This document shows, piece after piece, positions 37,981-47,945 of a DNA stretch of 52,126 bases. Both the position numbers and the translations under genes were made by a program. How positions within the stretch are numbered: the first letter of the stretch is position 1; every line of letters starts with the position of its first letter. Origin of the DNA: a virus (taxonomy: Duplodnaviria; Caudoviricetes); IMG/VR virus record IMGVR_UViG_3300019876_000001, positions 1-52,126 of that record; one strand, written 5' to 3'. The notes below the pieces were generated by a model. That model did not search any database. It was not told the DNA's origin and saw only the letters and a list, made by a program, of their open reading frames with translations.

Positions 37981-38421
37981 ATGGCAATCGGACCTATGAT
38001 GCCGGGTACTCGTCTTTCCTTCGTCGTTGTGAAGTTGGACGGTACCCTCACGCGACAAATTACTACCTGGACCAAAAAGGAAGGTCTGGTCAAGAAAGAG
38101 ATGCCAGTTCCTGCGGGAAATCTCGTGTACTTTCCGCGTGGACACGTCCTGCGGCTCTCTGATGAACAATTGGTTCACTACAACCTTAACAAGAAGCCGC
38201 GGATGATCAACTTGCAGGGCCTCCATGATCCGGAGAGTCCTGTTGGCAAGATGATGATGGCGCAAGATGATGCAACTCGTGCCAACGCCTACAACGATCT
38301 TGAACAGGCTGTGATGCACTTGGCCATTGCGAAAAGTGGCCCCGTGATTATGCCCGAGATGGTCAAGAAGATGCGTTTCGTGGAAGCGAAGGACTACACC
38401 ACTAAAAACAAAGTTGCGTAG
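37981..38421 (+). CDS. Hypothetical virion-associated protein
   Basis: GGAGG RBS; follows MCP. Confidence 0.65.
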   Translation: MAIGPMMPGTRLSFVVVKLDGTLTRQITTWTKKEGLVKKEMPVPAGNLVYFPRGHVLRLSDEQLVHYNLNKKPRMINLQGLHDPESPVGKMMMAQDDATRANAYNDLEQAVMHLAIAKSGPVIMPEMVKKMRFVEAKDYTTKNKVA

Positions 38422-38475
38422 CGTGTGAGTCACACAACTCTATATAACTGTCCAACAGAAACAAGGATATAGAAC

Positions 38476-39174
38476 ATGACTTCTCGATTTAGACAGGCTC
38501 TCTTCCGTGGCGTCAATATGTACGTTCCTGGGATGCAGTATGCGTCTGACATGATCCATGGTCAGCCTACTCCATTCTCTCTTGGAACGCCGGCTGTGGA
38601 AGCGGCTGCGTCGCTAAATGCTGCAGCAGGATTGGCCAATGCCCTCGTGACATACGGCCTGAACCACGAAATCGACGCTAGGTATGGGCGTGGCATTCGT
38701 GTAGACTTCAGTGGTGTTCCTGGTACCAACGCGGTCATCAGGTTGCTTGGTGAAGATTATCTCGGTCAGCCAATCGTCAAGGACTTTACTGGTGCCGCTG
38801 CTGCCACAACGACGACTGCGAGTGGTGTCGTTATGTGGAAGCGTATCACTGGTGCGCGTGTGACAGTTGTAGCTTCCAACGCAGTGCAAATCCAAATCGG
38901 CACTTTGAAGCCGTTGGGGTTGCCCTACAAGGGTGTTGTGACGTGGGCACGTGAAAACAACGTAGATATCCTAACCGCTGCGGCACAAGCAGTTTGGACC
39001 CTTCCTGTTCTCACCGATCCTGCAACGCTTGCTACAGCCGAACCCCGTGGCGTTTACACTCCGATCGCTACCTTGAACGGCATTCTGGAAATCATCGTTG
39101 CGCTTGACGGTGACAACTCTGTGAATGCTGCTAACAACGGCGGTCTGCACGGCATTCGTCACTTCGCCGTCTAG
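38476..39174 (+). CDS. Putative capsid decoration/structural protein
   Basis: Ala/Thr/Gly-rich beta-type 232 aa in the head cluster. Confidence 0.55.
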   Translation: MTSRFRQALFRGVNMYVPGMQYASDMIHGQPTPFSLGTPAVEAAASLNAAAGLANALVTYGLNHEIDARYGRGIRVDFSGVPGTNAVIRLLGEDYLGQPIVKDFTGAAAATTTTASGVVMWKRITGARVTVVASNAVQIQIGTLKPLGLPYKGVVTWARENNVDILTAAAQAVWTLPVLTDPATLATAEPRGVYTPIATLNGILEIIVALDGDNSVNAANNGGLHGIRHFAV

Positions 39175-39204
39175 GTCGTGTGAGTCACACAAGGGGCTGC
39201 TCCT

Positions 39205-39885
39205 ATGTCAGCAACACTCCGAGTAATTGTTGATCAAGCTGAACAGTTGATCGGAGAAGTTGCTGGCGTGGGGGTGCAACAATACAGTGAAGATGTATTG
39301 TTTAGGCATGCGATACGTGGCTTCGACATGCTCTTTAAGAAGTATCATTGGCCCAACTATCGAAAATGGCAGACGGTGACGCTTGATGGAACAACAGGCG
39401 TCATTACTACAGATGCCTTTACTAACGTTTTAGACTTTGAAGACTTTATGAGCGTTCATCGTACCGGAGAGGCAACACCACTTCCGGTTCTTCCTAAGGG
39501 GCGCCCTCCAAGTACAGTTACTGGTTCCAGGGCTCTTTATTGGACTAGTATGCATGTTACAGATGCGAATTACGTTAATCGTAAACTGCAATTTTATCCT
39601 GCTACATCAGTTGGAGGCATCGAAGTTCAAGCTCGCATCTATCCCGTATCGTCGCCAGCAATCGACTGGGACTGGGAAGATACAATGTACCTCGATAAGA
39701 GCTTGTTGGTTTACGCAACGAGCTTTATGGCCCTTATCGCTAATGCACTCAATCCAGATGCAGCAAATACGTGTAAAAGCCTTATGGAAACGCAATACAA
39801 CAACATTACGAATGGTCTAGCCGATACACCAATTGCGATTGAGCATAGTAATGCTGTTCCAGATCAATGGTACGTTCAGCCATGA
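39205..39885 (+). CDS. Head-tail adaptor (tail tubular A-like)
   Basis: 226 aa directly before the nozzle gene; helical N- and C-termini. Confidence 0.65.
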   Translation: MSATLRVIVDQAEQLIGEVAGVGVQQYSEDVLFRHAIRGFDMLFKKYHWPNYRKWQTVTLDGTTGVITTDAFTNVLDFEDFMSVHRTGEATPLPVLPKGRPPSTVTGSRALYWTSMHVTDANYVNRKLQFYPATSVGGIEVQARIYPVSSPAIDWDWEDTMYLDKSLLVYATSFMALIANALNPDAANTCKSLMETQYNNITNGLADTPIAIEHSNAVPDQWYVQP

Positions 39886-41708
39886 GTGCAAAGCTCTTTG
39901 AGGTGCGTTTTGGGGCTGGTTCTAAGCTAAACCTAGTTCCTTTGACCATTCGTGGCTTCGGAGGAGGCTTGAATGCAGTCGACAACGACATCGAGATGGA
40001 CCCTCGCTTCCAAAAGGTCCTTAACAATTTTAGGCGCACGCCAAAGGGTTCGCAGGTTATACGGTTCGGTTCCAATTGGTTCACAGACGTCAACAGTGTC
40101 TCCAATAGTCCGATCGTTGATGAGGTGTTCTTTTCAAACGCCATCATCTCCCCTCTTGAAAATGGTAACGTGGTTGCTACAGACGTTAATGGTGTTGATA
40201 GTATTATCTGGAGTGATGCTATCGCTGCTGCTCTGTTGGGTAGTCCTGATGGTTGGACTCCCGGTGTGGATAGTGTGGATTTTGTACCGTTTAAGAACAA
40301 ACTTGTGATCCACAATGGAGTAGATAAGCCCATTTTCTTTACTGCTACACTCGTCGGTAACTATTTGCAAGATGAAGCGACTGGGAGCAATGTTAACGTT
40401 CCAATTGGTAAGTACGGATGCGTTGTTGGAAACTATCACTGCGTTGCCGGAATACCAGCAGCGCCAACTACAGTCTATGTTACAGCGAAAGGAACCATTG
40501 GTACTTTTCCTGGAGACCCTCCCCCGAATGACGCTATTAGCATTGACGTCGGCGCTTATGCCCCAGAGGGAGCGCCAGAAATTAGGGGAATTGCTGGCTT
40601 CCGTACATTCCTCATCGTTTTCTTCGAGAAGCAGTCCCTCCTAATCAAATTAGGCGTATATGACACAGAAGTTCCACCGAACCATACGCCGAGTTTCGAC
40701 GACACGATGCCAGCGTTTGGCCTACTCGGACATCGTTGCATTGTCCCAGTTGGTACAGATTTGTTGTTTGCGGGTCCATCAGGTATCGCGAGTGCTAAGC
40801 GCAACTTGATATCTGGGCTCATTGATAGTACCCCGGTTAGTAGTAATATCGAGCCAGAATTCAGAACGCAGGTAGGCTTATTGACTGATGCAGAGTCGCT
40901 AAAATCGTGTTTCATGCTCTATGACGAGATTGGTCATGAGACAACATTGCATCTACCTAACGGAAATGGGTTCATACGGTGCTATAACGAGCAGTTACGT
41001 TATGACAGTTGGGGAACGTTTTCTGGACCAGCATATAGATCGGGTTGTGTTTCTTCCAAAGGAAGACGCTTCTTTTCCAGCGGTACGCGAATATTCGCTG
41101 GCGGTAATGGAATTTTCACCGGGGAGAATTACTATGCCGATCGCTTGAATGACCGTGATCGGGATTGGGTCTCTGGAACACCATACGTGATCGGCAACAT
41201 CATTCGTGATCCGTTTGATGACTTGAGCTTTATCGCTATAGCTGATCATACGAGTGGTGCAGTGTCATTTGCGCAGGACCGAATAGATCAAGCGCTTACT
41301 CCAAAATGGGAAGCATATCTCGGCGAAGCAATTAACGTTGAGCTTGAAATGCCTTGGCTCGACGGCAAAGACCCAATGCAGTTGAAGGCCAATCGATACG
41401 TTGCCATGGCTACAAAGGGTACAGCAGAATTCACACTTTCAGTTTGGGTCGATAACTTGTATAAGGATGAATTTGGGGTCCTCCTTCATCCTGCTGCACT
41501 CGAGATGTTGTTCATAGGAAATGATGCGCCCGGTTTCGGTTTTGATGCTGGTCCTTACGGTGGCGGTAGGCGGTCTAATGATCCTCGTTTATTTCGCTTT
41601 CCAGTCAATTTTAAGTCAATCAAGCCCAAAATCACAGCGTCTGTTAGAAGCCCCTTAGAAATCGTGCACATCTCGTTCCTGTTCCTTCGCGGTAAGTATG
41701 GTAGATGA
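39882..41708 (+). CDS. Tail nozzle (tail tubular B / P22 gp10-like)
   Basis: GFGGGLN start, beta-propeller-like composition, ~610 aa. Confidence 0.75.
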   Translation: MSAKLFEVRFGAGSKLNLVPLTIRGFGGGLNAVDNDIEMDPRFQKVLNNFRRTPKGSQVIRFGSNWFTDVNSVSNSPIVDEVFFSNAIISPLENGNVVATDVNGVDSIIWSDAIAAALLGSPDGWTPGVDSVDFVPFKNKLVIHNGVDKPIFFTATLVGNYLQDEATGSNVNVPIGKYGCVVGNYHCVAGIPAAPTTVYVTAKGTIGTFPGDPPPNDAISIDVGAYAPEGAPEIRGIAGFRTFLIVFFEKQSLLIKLGVYDTEVPPNHTPSFDDTMPAFGLLGHRCIVPVGTDLLFAGPSGIASAKRNLISGLIDSTPVSSNIEPEFRTQVGLLTDAESLKSCFMLYDEIGHETTLHLPNGNGFIRCYNEQLRYDSWGTFSGPAYRSGCVSSKGRRFFSSGTRIFAGGNGIFTGENYYADRLNDRDRDWVSGTPYVIGNIIRDPFDDLSFIAIADHTSGAVSFAQDRIDQALTPKWEAYLGEAINVELEMPWLDGKDPMQLKANRYVAMATKGTAEFTLSVWVDNLYKDEFGVLLHPAALEMLFIGNDAPGFGFDAGPYGGGRRSNDPRLFRFPVNFKSIKPKITASVRSPLEIVHISFLFLRGKYGR

Positions 41709-41725
41709 GTGTGTGAGTCACACAG

Positions 41726-43369
41726 ATGACTGATTTTACTGCTCACTTTCGCTTTCCGATCCCTGATTTTACTCAGGAGCCTTGGCATGCCGAACTTCAA
41801 ACAGCCCTCCGAGCTATCGATACGGCCCTTTATCAAGCCGTTCTCATTCAAAACGTTGGTAATTGGGCTAATTCTACTGTGTATGCTGTCGGCGCAATTG
41901 TTATCGATAGCGCTACTGGGCTTATGTATACTTGCGCTGTTGCAAACACTTCGTCAGCGGCACCGACGACTTTCGCGCAAGAGAGAGTTGCTCATCCTAC
42001 ATTTTGGAATGCAACCGCGAACATTCCTCAGCAACGTGGAACATGGACGACTGCTACTTCTTACATTCCTGGTGATTTTGTCGTCGATACTAATCGCTAT
42101 GCCGTTTGTCTTGTTGCTCATGTTTCCGGAGTATTCAATACGGACTTGGCAGCTGGTCGATGGGTTGTTCTAGTTGATTTATCTGCTCTTGGCGTTGGCA
42201 TTAATGCCACAGCTGAAGGAACCATTGCATCAGCAGCTACAACTAACATTGGTTCGGTAGCTGCAACACGCATAAACGTTACTGGTGTTACTGGCATCAC
42301 TAGTTTTGGTGTCGTAGCAAACACCTACAAGATTTTGCGCTTCTCGGCAGCACTTACCATTACAGGATCGGCTGCTATTATCTTGATTGGCGGTGGTCCG
42401 CGCACGACTGCTGCTGGCGACATTATGTGGGTGGCGTCGGACGGTGTTGGCAATTGGCGCGAGTTGATGTTTAACGCCGCGTCGGGCATACCGCTTGCTG
42501 TGCCAAATGCTACTACGGCTACTCGTGGCATCATTGAAATAGCAACGCAAGGCGAGGTTGATTTAGGTACCGACCCTGATCGTGCAGTTGCTCCTGATAC
42601 TTTAGCCGTGAGATTAGCGGCGTTATCGGTTACTATTCTTAGCACTATTCGTGATGGTGTTGGTGGTACCCTCGATACGTTGGCTGAAATTGCAACAGCT
42701 ATTGGTTTTTTGGCACCAAAAGCCAATCCGACATTTACAGGTGTCTCTACCTTTGACCAGATCTCAGCTACAGGTTTGGCGAACTTAGCAGGTGGTACAA
42801 CGCTTCCTGCTGGCGATATCAGTATGGCTGATTTGACGGCGGCTGCGAGTCCGTTTGAGCGACAACATTATCACATTCGGGAAGAGCAAACGAATGGTAC
42901 GGATAGTGGTGCGTTGACGTCTGGTGCGTGGAATACGCGAGTGCTGAATACAGAAAAGGTAGACGATCTTGCTATCACGCCTTCTAGTAATCAGTTATCC
43001 TTAGCTGCTGGAACATGGCGAGTCAAGGCTGAAGCAGTAGCAAGTTTTCAAGGGAGCATGACGCGAAACGCTAACCAATTCCTGTCGCATAAATTACGCA
43101 TCAGAAATATCACCGACGGGGCCACGCTGTTTACAGATATAGGACAGAGGTTCTTGCTCGAAGATGACGGTGGCGGCAATAATGAAACAGCCGATCTGAC
43201 GCTTCTAGCTACATTGGACGGTACTTTTACCATTGCGGGTACTAAGACGATAGAGTTGCAAAGTTGGGTAGTCAATAGCATGGCAGGACCTACAACTAAA
43301 GGTGGACGTGCGATCAGTTCTGGTGAGACAGAAGTGTATGTCAACCTGAAGCTTTACAAAGTCGCGTAG
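41726..43369 (+). CDS. Tail fibre 1
   Basis: Two W....Y..G CBM5/12-like modules; ATTATRGIIEIATQ.EV and LDTLAEIATAI fibre motifs. Confidence 0.8.
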   Translation: MTDFTAHFRFPIPDFTQEPWHAELQTALRAIDTALYQAVLIQNVGNWANSTVYAVGAIVIDSATGLMYTCAVANTSSAAPTTFAQERVAHPTFWNATANIPQQRGTWTTATSYIPGDFVVDTNRYAVCLVAHVSGVFNTDLAAGRWVVLVDLSALGVGINATAEGTIASAATTNIGSVAATRINVTGVTGITSFGVVANTYKILRFSAALTITGSAAIILIGGGPRTTAAGDIMWVASDGVGNWRELMFNAASGIPLAVPNATTATRGIIEIATQGEVDLGTDPDRAVAPDTLAVRLAALSVTILSTIRDGVGGTLDTLAEIATAIGFLAPKANPTFTGVSTFDQISATGLANLAGGTTLPAGDISMADLTAAASPFERQHYHIREEQTNGTDSGALTSGAWNTRVLNTEKVDDLAITPSSNQLSLAAGTWRVKAEAVASFQGSMTRNANQFLSHKLRIRNITDGATLFTDIGQRFLLEDDGGGNNETADLTLLATLDGTFTIAGTKTIELQSWVVNSMAGPTTKGGRAISSGETEVYVNLKLYKVA

Positions 43370-43385
43370 CGTGTGAGTCACACAG

Positions 43386-45341
43386 ATGACACTCTCGTAT
43401 ACTTTACATTTTAAGTTTGGTATCCCAGACTTTACGACTGGGCCATGGCACGCTGATTGGGAAGCGCTCGTCCGTAAAATAGATGAAATTTTGTACGAAG
43501 TCGCAGTAGCGAATAACGCAACTGTTTGGACAAATTCAACAGCGTACATCATTGGCAATATCGTAATCAGTCCTCAAGATGGAACGATGTGGATTGCGTC
43601 TGTGGCGCATACTAGTGCTGCATCGCCTACAACGTTCTCTGCCGATCGCCTTGCGCATCCCACGTTTTGGACATCGTTTGGTGTGGGTGGTGACCTTACA
43701 GCAATTGAGGCGTTGACTGGTACTGGTTTTCCTACACGTGTCGCTGATGACGTGTGGGCCTTACGCACTATGAGCATTACCGGTTCTGGCATTCTCATCT
43801 CAAATGGTAATGGTGTTGCGGGCAATCCTGTGCTTTCGCTTGACGGTGATTTACAGGCAATTTCGTTACTTGGAACTACAGGTATACCTGTTCGTACTGC
43901 TGCAGATACTTGGGCATTGCGTTTGACTGTTCAGCCGTTGGCAGGTATTACAATCACGAATGCCGATGGCGTTCTAGGCAACATAACGTTTGCTCTTGCG
44001 AATGACTTGAGTGCGCTCGAAGCATTGGCATCGTCGGGCTTCTCTGCTCGTACAGGCTCAGACACTTGGGCTATTCGGACACTTCAACAACCTGCTGCCG
44101 GTATCACAATTACCAATCCTGCCGGCACCGCTGGCGATCCGACTTTTGTGCTTGCGAATGACCTAGGAGCGATTGAGGCACTTAACAGTAATGCTCTTTT
44201 GGCACGTACTGGAACTGATACTTGGGCAGCACGTACAATCACGGGACCAGCCGCTGGCATTACTGTATCGAATGGCAGTGGTGTCGGGGGCAATCCCACA
44301 CTTGCGCTCGCTAATGATTTATCGGCGCTCGAAGCTCTTGCGTCATCAGGCTTCTCGGCACGTACGGGAACTGACACATGGGCAATTCGGACGCTTGTGG
44401 CGCCTGCTGCTGGACTTACGATATCTAACAACGATGGCGTGGCAGGCAATCCAACGTTCGCGTTCGCCAATGATCTAGCAGCTATTGAAGCGCTTAATAC
44501 TAATGGGATGCTCGCTCGTACCGGGACCGATACATGGGCTGCGCGAACAATTACAGGTACAGGCGCCGAGATTACTGTCACGAACGGTGATGGTGTTGGT
44601 GGCAATCCTACCCTCTCTCTCCCGACAGCATTGACGTTCACAGGAAAGACCGTTACGGACGGTACGTATGTCAACGATCTTCATACAGGCTATTCGCAAT
44701 ATGCTGAGATCGCGTCGCCTGCAAATCCCGCAGCAGACAATATTAGGGTGTTCGCGAAAGACGTTGCTGGTGTAACGCATCTATTTACACGCAATAGTGC
44801 TGGCGGCGAAGTTGATATGTCTGCTGCCGGTGGCGCTTCGTCGAGTGGATCTAGGGTACTACTGAATACATTAACGGCTGCGGGCTCTGCATCGCTGGCC
44901 GACACCACGAGCCTTACTGCTACTTACAAGCGCTATGAGATCGTATTTGAGGGATTAATCCACGCGACTGCGGGCGGCGCTTTCAGGTTTAGGGTCAACC
45001 AAGGTGGCGTCCAGACCACTGGCTATAAGGGTAGGAATATTCGAGGGACTACTAGCTCAGTATCAACGACAGAAATACCTCTTCAAGCAGGTGCTGTCGG
45101 TGAGACGACGGAGCCGGGACTTTCCGCTGTCTTATACATTGATAATCCAAGTGCATCAATCAAACACATGGTCTATGGAAACGGTGGAATAAATTCTAGT
45201 TCCGGCGGAGCCGGTACAGCAGAGACCTTGACATTTGGTGGATGGTTCGATACCGCCGGAGTTGTGACTGGCTTCGAAGTGACCAGTTCGGTAGGTAACA
45301 TCACCAGCGGCGTGATCAAGGTCTTCGGAATTGTGAATTAG
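43386..45341 (+). CDS. Tail fibre 2 with ~6 tandem 52-aa repeats
   Basis: N-terminal anchor paralogous to fibre 1; repeated LANDL.A.EAL...G..ARTG.DTWA.RT. Confidence 0.8.
   Translation: MTLSYTLHFKFGIPDFTTGPWHADWEALVRKIDEILYEVAVANNATVWTNSTAYIIGNIVISPQDGTMWIASVAHTSAASPTTFSADRLAHPTFWTSFGVGGDLTAIEALTGTGFPTRVADDVWALRTMSITGSGILISNGNGVAGNPVLSLDGDLQAISLLGTTGIPVRTAADTWALRLTVQPLAGITITNADGVLGNITFALANDLSALEALASSGFSARTGSDTWAIRTLQQPAAGITITNPAGTAGDPTFVLANDLGAIEALNSNALLARTGTDTWAARTITGPAAGITVSNGSGVGGNPTLALANDLSALEALASSGFSARTGTDTWAIRTLVAPAAGLTISNNDGVAGNPTFAFANDLAAIEALNTNGMLARTGTDTWAARTITGTGAEITVTNGDGVGGNPTLSLPTALTFTGKTVTDGTYVNDLHTGYSQYAEIASPANPAADNIRVFAKDVAGVTHLFTRNSAGGEVDMSAAGGASSSGSRVLLNTLTAAGSASLADTTSLTATYKRYEIVFEGLIHATAGGAFRFRVNQGGVQTTGYKGRNIRGTTSSVSTTEIPLQAGAVGETTEPGLSAVLYIDNPSASIKHMVYGNGGINSSSGGAGTAETLTFGGWFDTAGVVTGFEVTSSVGNITSGVIKVFGIVN
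43690..44625 (+). repeat. 156-nt tandem coding repeats in fibre 2
   Basis: ANDL codons recur every 156 nt (~43998, 44154, 44310, 44466). Confidence 0.85.
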
Positions 45342-45355
45342 ACAGGAGAAGAGAG

Positions 45356-45568
45356 ATGGCAAAACATCACATGGCGACGTACGTAACCGTTCCCGAAGCG
45401 GAAGGTGAGAATGCTTTGCGTCAATTAGTTACCGAGCGTTTGGGGGGCGGTGATGGGATCACGGTCATAAGTTTGGACTTGGTAAATGGCCAATTGTGTG
45501 GTACATTTACACGTGATTGGGAAACGCCTGATCCTAAGCCTCCCAAGGCGCCCGTAGTCAAAAAGTAG
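45356..45568 (+). CDS. Hypothetical protein
   Basis: AGGAG RBS; 70 aa. Confidence 0.65.
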   Translation: MAKHHMATYVTVPEAEGENALRQLVTERLGGGDGITVISLDLVNGQLCGTFTRDWETPDPKPPKAPVVKK

Positions 45569-45594
45569 CTGTGTGAGTCACACGGAGAACGAAC

Positions 45595-46539
45595 ATGTCT
45601 TGGCTTAGCGAATCATTCAGTCACAATGCGGCCGAAAACGCGGCTCGGGCTGAGGAACAAAAGCGCAAAGACGATGAGGCTAAGGCAGCTGCGGATGCCA
45701 AGGCCGCAAAGGAGGCTGCCGATGCCAAAGCGTACGCAGATGCCGAGACGCTTCGAACTGGCGCTTCAGGTGCTGCTCGAACGTCAGCCAATCGATATTT
45801 TCAGGAACGCGGCTTCAATCCAGACGACTATGCTCCTGAAATCGACCAACGCATCAGTGAGATCATGGGGTCCACGGCTCACGATGATCCGAACGTCGGA
45901 TCTTATCTCAAGAATCTGGGCGATACCATCTTTCAGAATCGCCAAGACGCTGACCGTTCGAAAGCAGGTATCTCACTCAACTCGCAATTCGGACCAGATT
46001 ACGAGTTCAGTCATATCACCGATTCCCTCGACGATCCGATTCTGGGTGATATCTACAACGAGCAATACAACACTGCCGACAACTATATCAAAAACCTCTC
46101 GAAGCGTGGCGTCATTAATCAAACTGGTGTCACCAGCGCCGAGAACGACCTGAACAAGCAAGGATCGAAAGTCCGTGCAACACTCAACGATCTTGGCAAT
46201 ACAACTTTGGCAGGTGGCCGACAAAGCCTTACCGATATCATCAATCGTGCTCGTAGCACTGCATCAACGCTGCCATTCGGTTCCGGTTTCGACGCTGGTG
46301 CATTCGCTGGACAGGCAAATACTGCTTTCGACAAGTTCGTGTCTGGTCTCGGTGATACCTTACGTTCCAAGGTCCCGACTGAAGGACTGTTTGACACAAG
46401 CGGTCTTGCCTCTATAGCCGGTGCCGGTCAAGGTGCGCAAAACTTCAAGTTCGATCCGAAGGCGTTGGCTGGTATAACGCAAGGCGATAATCAAGACGAT
46501 GAAGACCAGAACAACGCTGTGAACCGTATCAGCTTCTGA
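45595..46539 (+). CDS. Putative ejection protein, allele B of 130-1071
   Basis: Colinear homology (MSWLSE...DDPNVG...RGVINQTG...FDPKALAG...AVNRISF). Confidence 0.75.
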   Translation: MSWLSESFSHNAAENAARAEEQKRKDDEAKAAADAKAAKEAADAKAYADAETLRTGASGAARTSANRYFQERGFNPDDYAPEIDQRISEIMGSTAHDDPNVGSYLKNLGDTIFQNRQDADRSKAGISLNSQFGPDYEFSHITDSLDDPILGDIYNEQYNTADNYIKNLSKRGVINQTGVTSAENDLNKQGSKVRATLNDLGNTTLAGGRQSLTDIINRARSTASTLPFGSGFDAGAFAGQANTAFDKFVSGLGDTLRSKVPTEGLFDTSGLASIAGAGQGAQNFKFDPKALAGITQGDNQDDEDQNNAVNRISF

Positions 46540-46547
46540 GGTGTCCC

Positions 46548-46766
46548 ATGGGCGTTCTCGATGATCTTATGCAACAGTTCGCGCCGCCGGTCGATCCCCG
46601 CGTGGAGGCAATCGAGAACATGACGCGTTTGCAACAAGACCTACATAAGCGCTTGGGTCGTGGCGAGATGCTGTCAGGACAAGATGCAATGAACTATGCC
46701 AATCGCAGCAATCCTCCTGAATACAAAGGGTTGCCGGAACAAGCTGACGATATCTTTGGCTACTAA
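46548..46766 (+). CDS. Small disordered-family protein found only in allele B
   Basis: GAGG RBS; VDPRVEAIENM motif. Confidence 0.65.
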   Translation: MGVLDDLMQQFAPPVDPRVEAIENMTRLQQDLHKRLGRGEMLSGQDAMNYANRSNPPEYKGLPEQADDIFGY

Positions 46767-46783
46767 CCGTGTGAGTCACACAG

Positions 46784-47725
46784 ATGCCTATTGATCCAGT
46801 CACTGGGATTCTCACTGCCGGGACGATAGTAGGTGGTATCCTACAAGGCAATGAGCAGAGCTATCAGAATCAGCAGAACCTCGCATTCCAGAAATGGCTT
46901 GCGAACGAGCAGCTGAAACTGGGCAAGGCGTCGCGTACAGACGCCATGGGCAACACCGTCCGTTACGATCCAGGTCTGAATGCTTGGGTCACGGACCTTT
47001 CACCAACGCAACGCGCACTCTCGAAGGCTGGTGAACATGAACAGCTTCTCGGTCTTACAGATGATGCTGCGAAGAGCCGCGTCATTAGAGAGCGCGCGTA
47101 CAATCGTGGAATGGGTGCCGCAGACGATTTCACAAAGGCACGTGCTGATTACAACTACGGCTACAATCCTTCTGAGGGAGCCATTACTAACGATATCGCG
47201 AGTTTGATGCTTCGCGCTAGATCAGGCGCTGGTGGCAACGATGCACCCAACAAGTTCCTTCGCCAACGAGGCAATTTGCCTGTTATCAATTCTGGTGCCG
47301 GTAATCCTGGGGGTGTGTCTGGGGTTGCTGATGCTCTATTACAAGCGCGGCAAGGGGCCATAGGCGAACGTGGTCAGCGTCAACAACAACGCCAAGCAAA
47401 GCTTCCAGAGATGCAATCACTTGCTGCTATGAGCGACGCCGGCGGTGGAGGCAATACACCGTTCCCGAACTTCGACAGACTGTTCGCCAGCGAAGGTGAT
47501 CAGTCCAAACAGTTACTAGGTGCCATGGAAGCCGGTGGCAAGGGTGTTGGTAGTGCCTATACCAATATCAGCAAACAGAAACCCATCTTCGACATGGGCG
47601 ATACCGCACGGTTGATAACGGCTCTGCGTGGTGGCACTCCTTCTACGGGCAAGGCAAAAGCAAATGCGATTGCATCGTCGACAACCGATGAACGATCGAT
47701 CGACGATATCATGTACGGCTTCTAA
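46784..47725 (+). CDS. Putative DNA-pilot/ejection protein, allele B of 1089-2042
   Basis: Colinear homology (MPIDP...FQKWLANE...DAMGNTVRYD...RSIDDIMY.F). Confidence 0.75.
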   Translation: MPIDPVTGILTAGTIVGGILQGNEQSYQNQQNLAFQKWLANEQLKLGKASRTDAMGNTVRYDPGLNAWVTDLSPTQRALSKAGEHEQLLGLTDDAAKSRVIRERAYNRGMGAADDFTKARADYNYGYNPSEGAITNDIASLMLRARSGAGGNDAPNKFLRQRGNLPVINSGAGNPGGVSGVADALLQARQGAIGERGQRQQQRQAKLPEMQSLAAMSDAGGGGNTPFPNFDRLFASEGDQSKQLLGAMEAGGKGVGSAYTNISKQKPIFDMGDTARLITALRGGTPSTGKAKANAIASSTTDERSIDDIMYGF

Positions 47726-47741
47726 CCGTGTGAGTCACACA

Positions 47742-47945
47742 GTGGACGAAAAAGAAATCGAAAATCGAATGCTGCGCGAGCAATATGGCATGCTCAAACG
47801 CCGTGGTACGCCCGATACTGATCCACGTATCAAGGCCATTCTGCGCACGATCGAGAAGCAGAAGCTGGGAAAGCCCAAAGAGGGTATAGACTTCCCGCCA
47901 CAGATCAAGTTTAAGCCTCGGAGGAAGCAACATGGGCTCAGTTGA
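47742..47945 (+). CDS. Allele B of 2058-2255
   Basis: GTG start after the palindrome; conserved motifs. Confidence 0.7.
   Translation: MDEKEIENRMLREQYGMLKRRGTPDTDPRIKAILRTIEKQKLGKPKEGIDFPPQIKFKPRRKQHGLS

Noticed and set aside
2046-39192. ORFs in the track starting MSHT, MTHT or MCDSH (e.g. 9873, 22301, 24165, 37966, 38971)
   Set aside because: These starts are GTG codons created by the palindrome; they are antisense shadows or short extensions of genes whose real ATG follows the motif
41726-45341. Diversity-generating retroelement or invertible tail-fibre switch
   Set aside because: No reverse transcriptase, invertase or TR/VR pair with adenine-specific mismatches is seen; fibre repeats are ordinary in-frame tandem repeats
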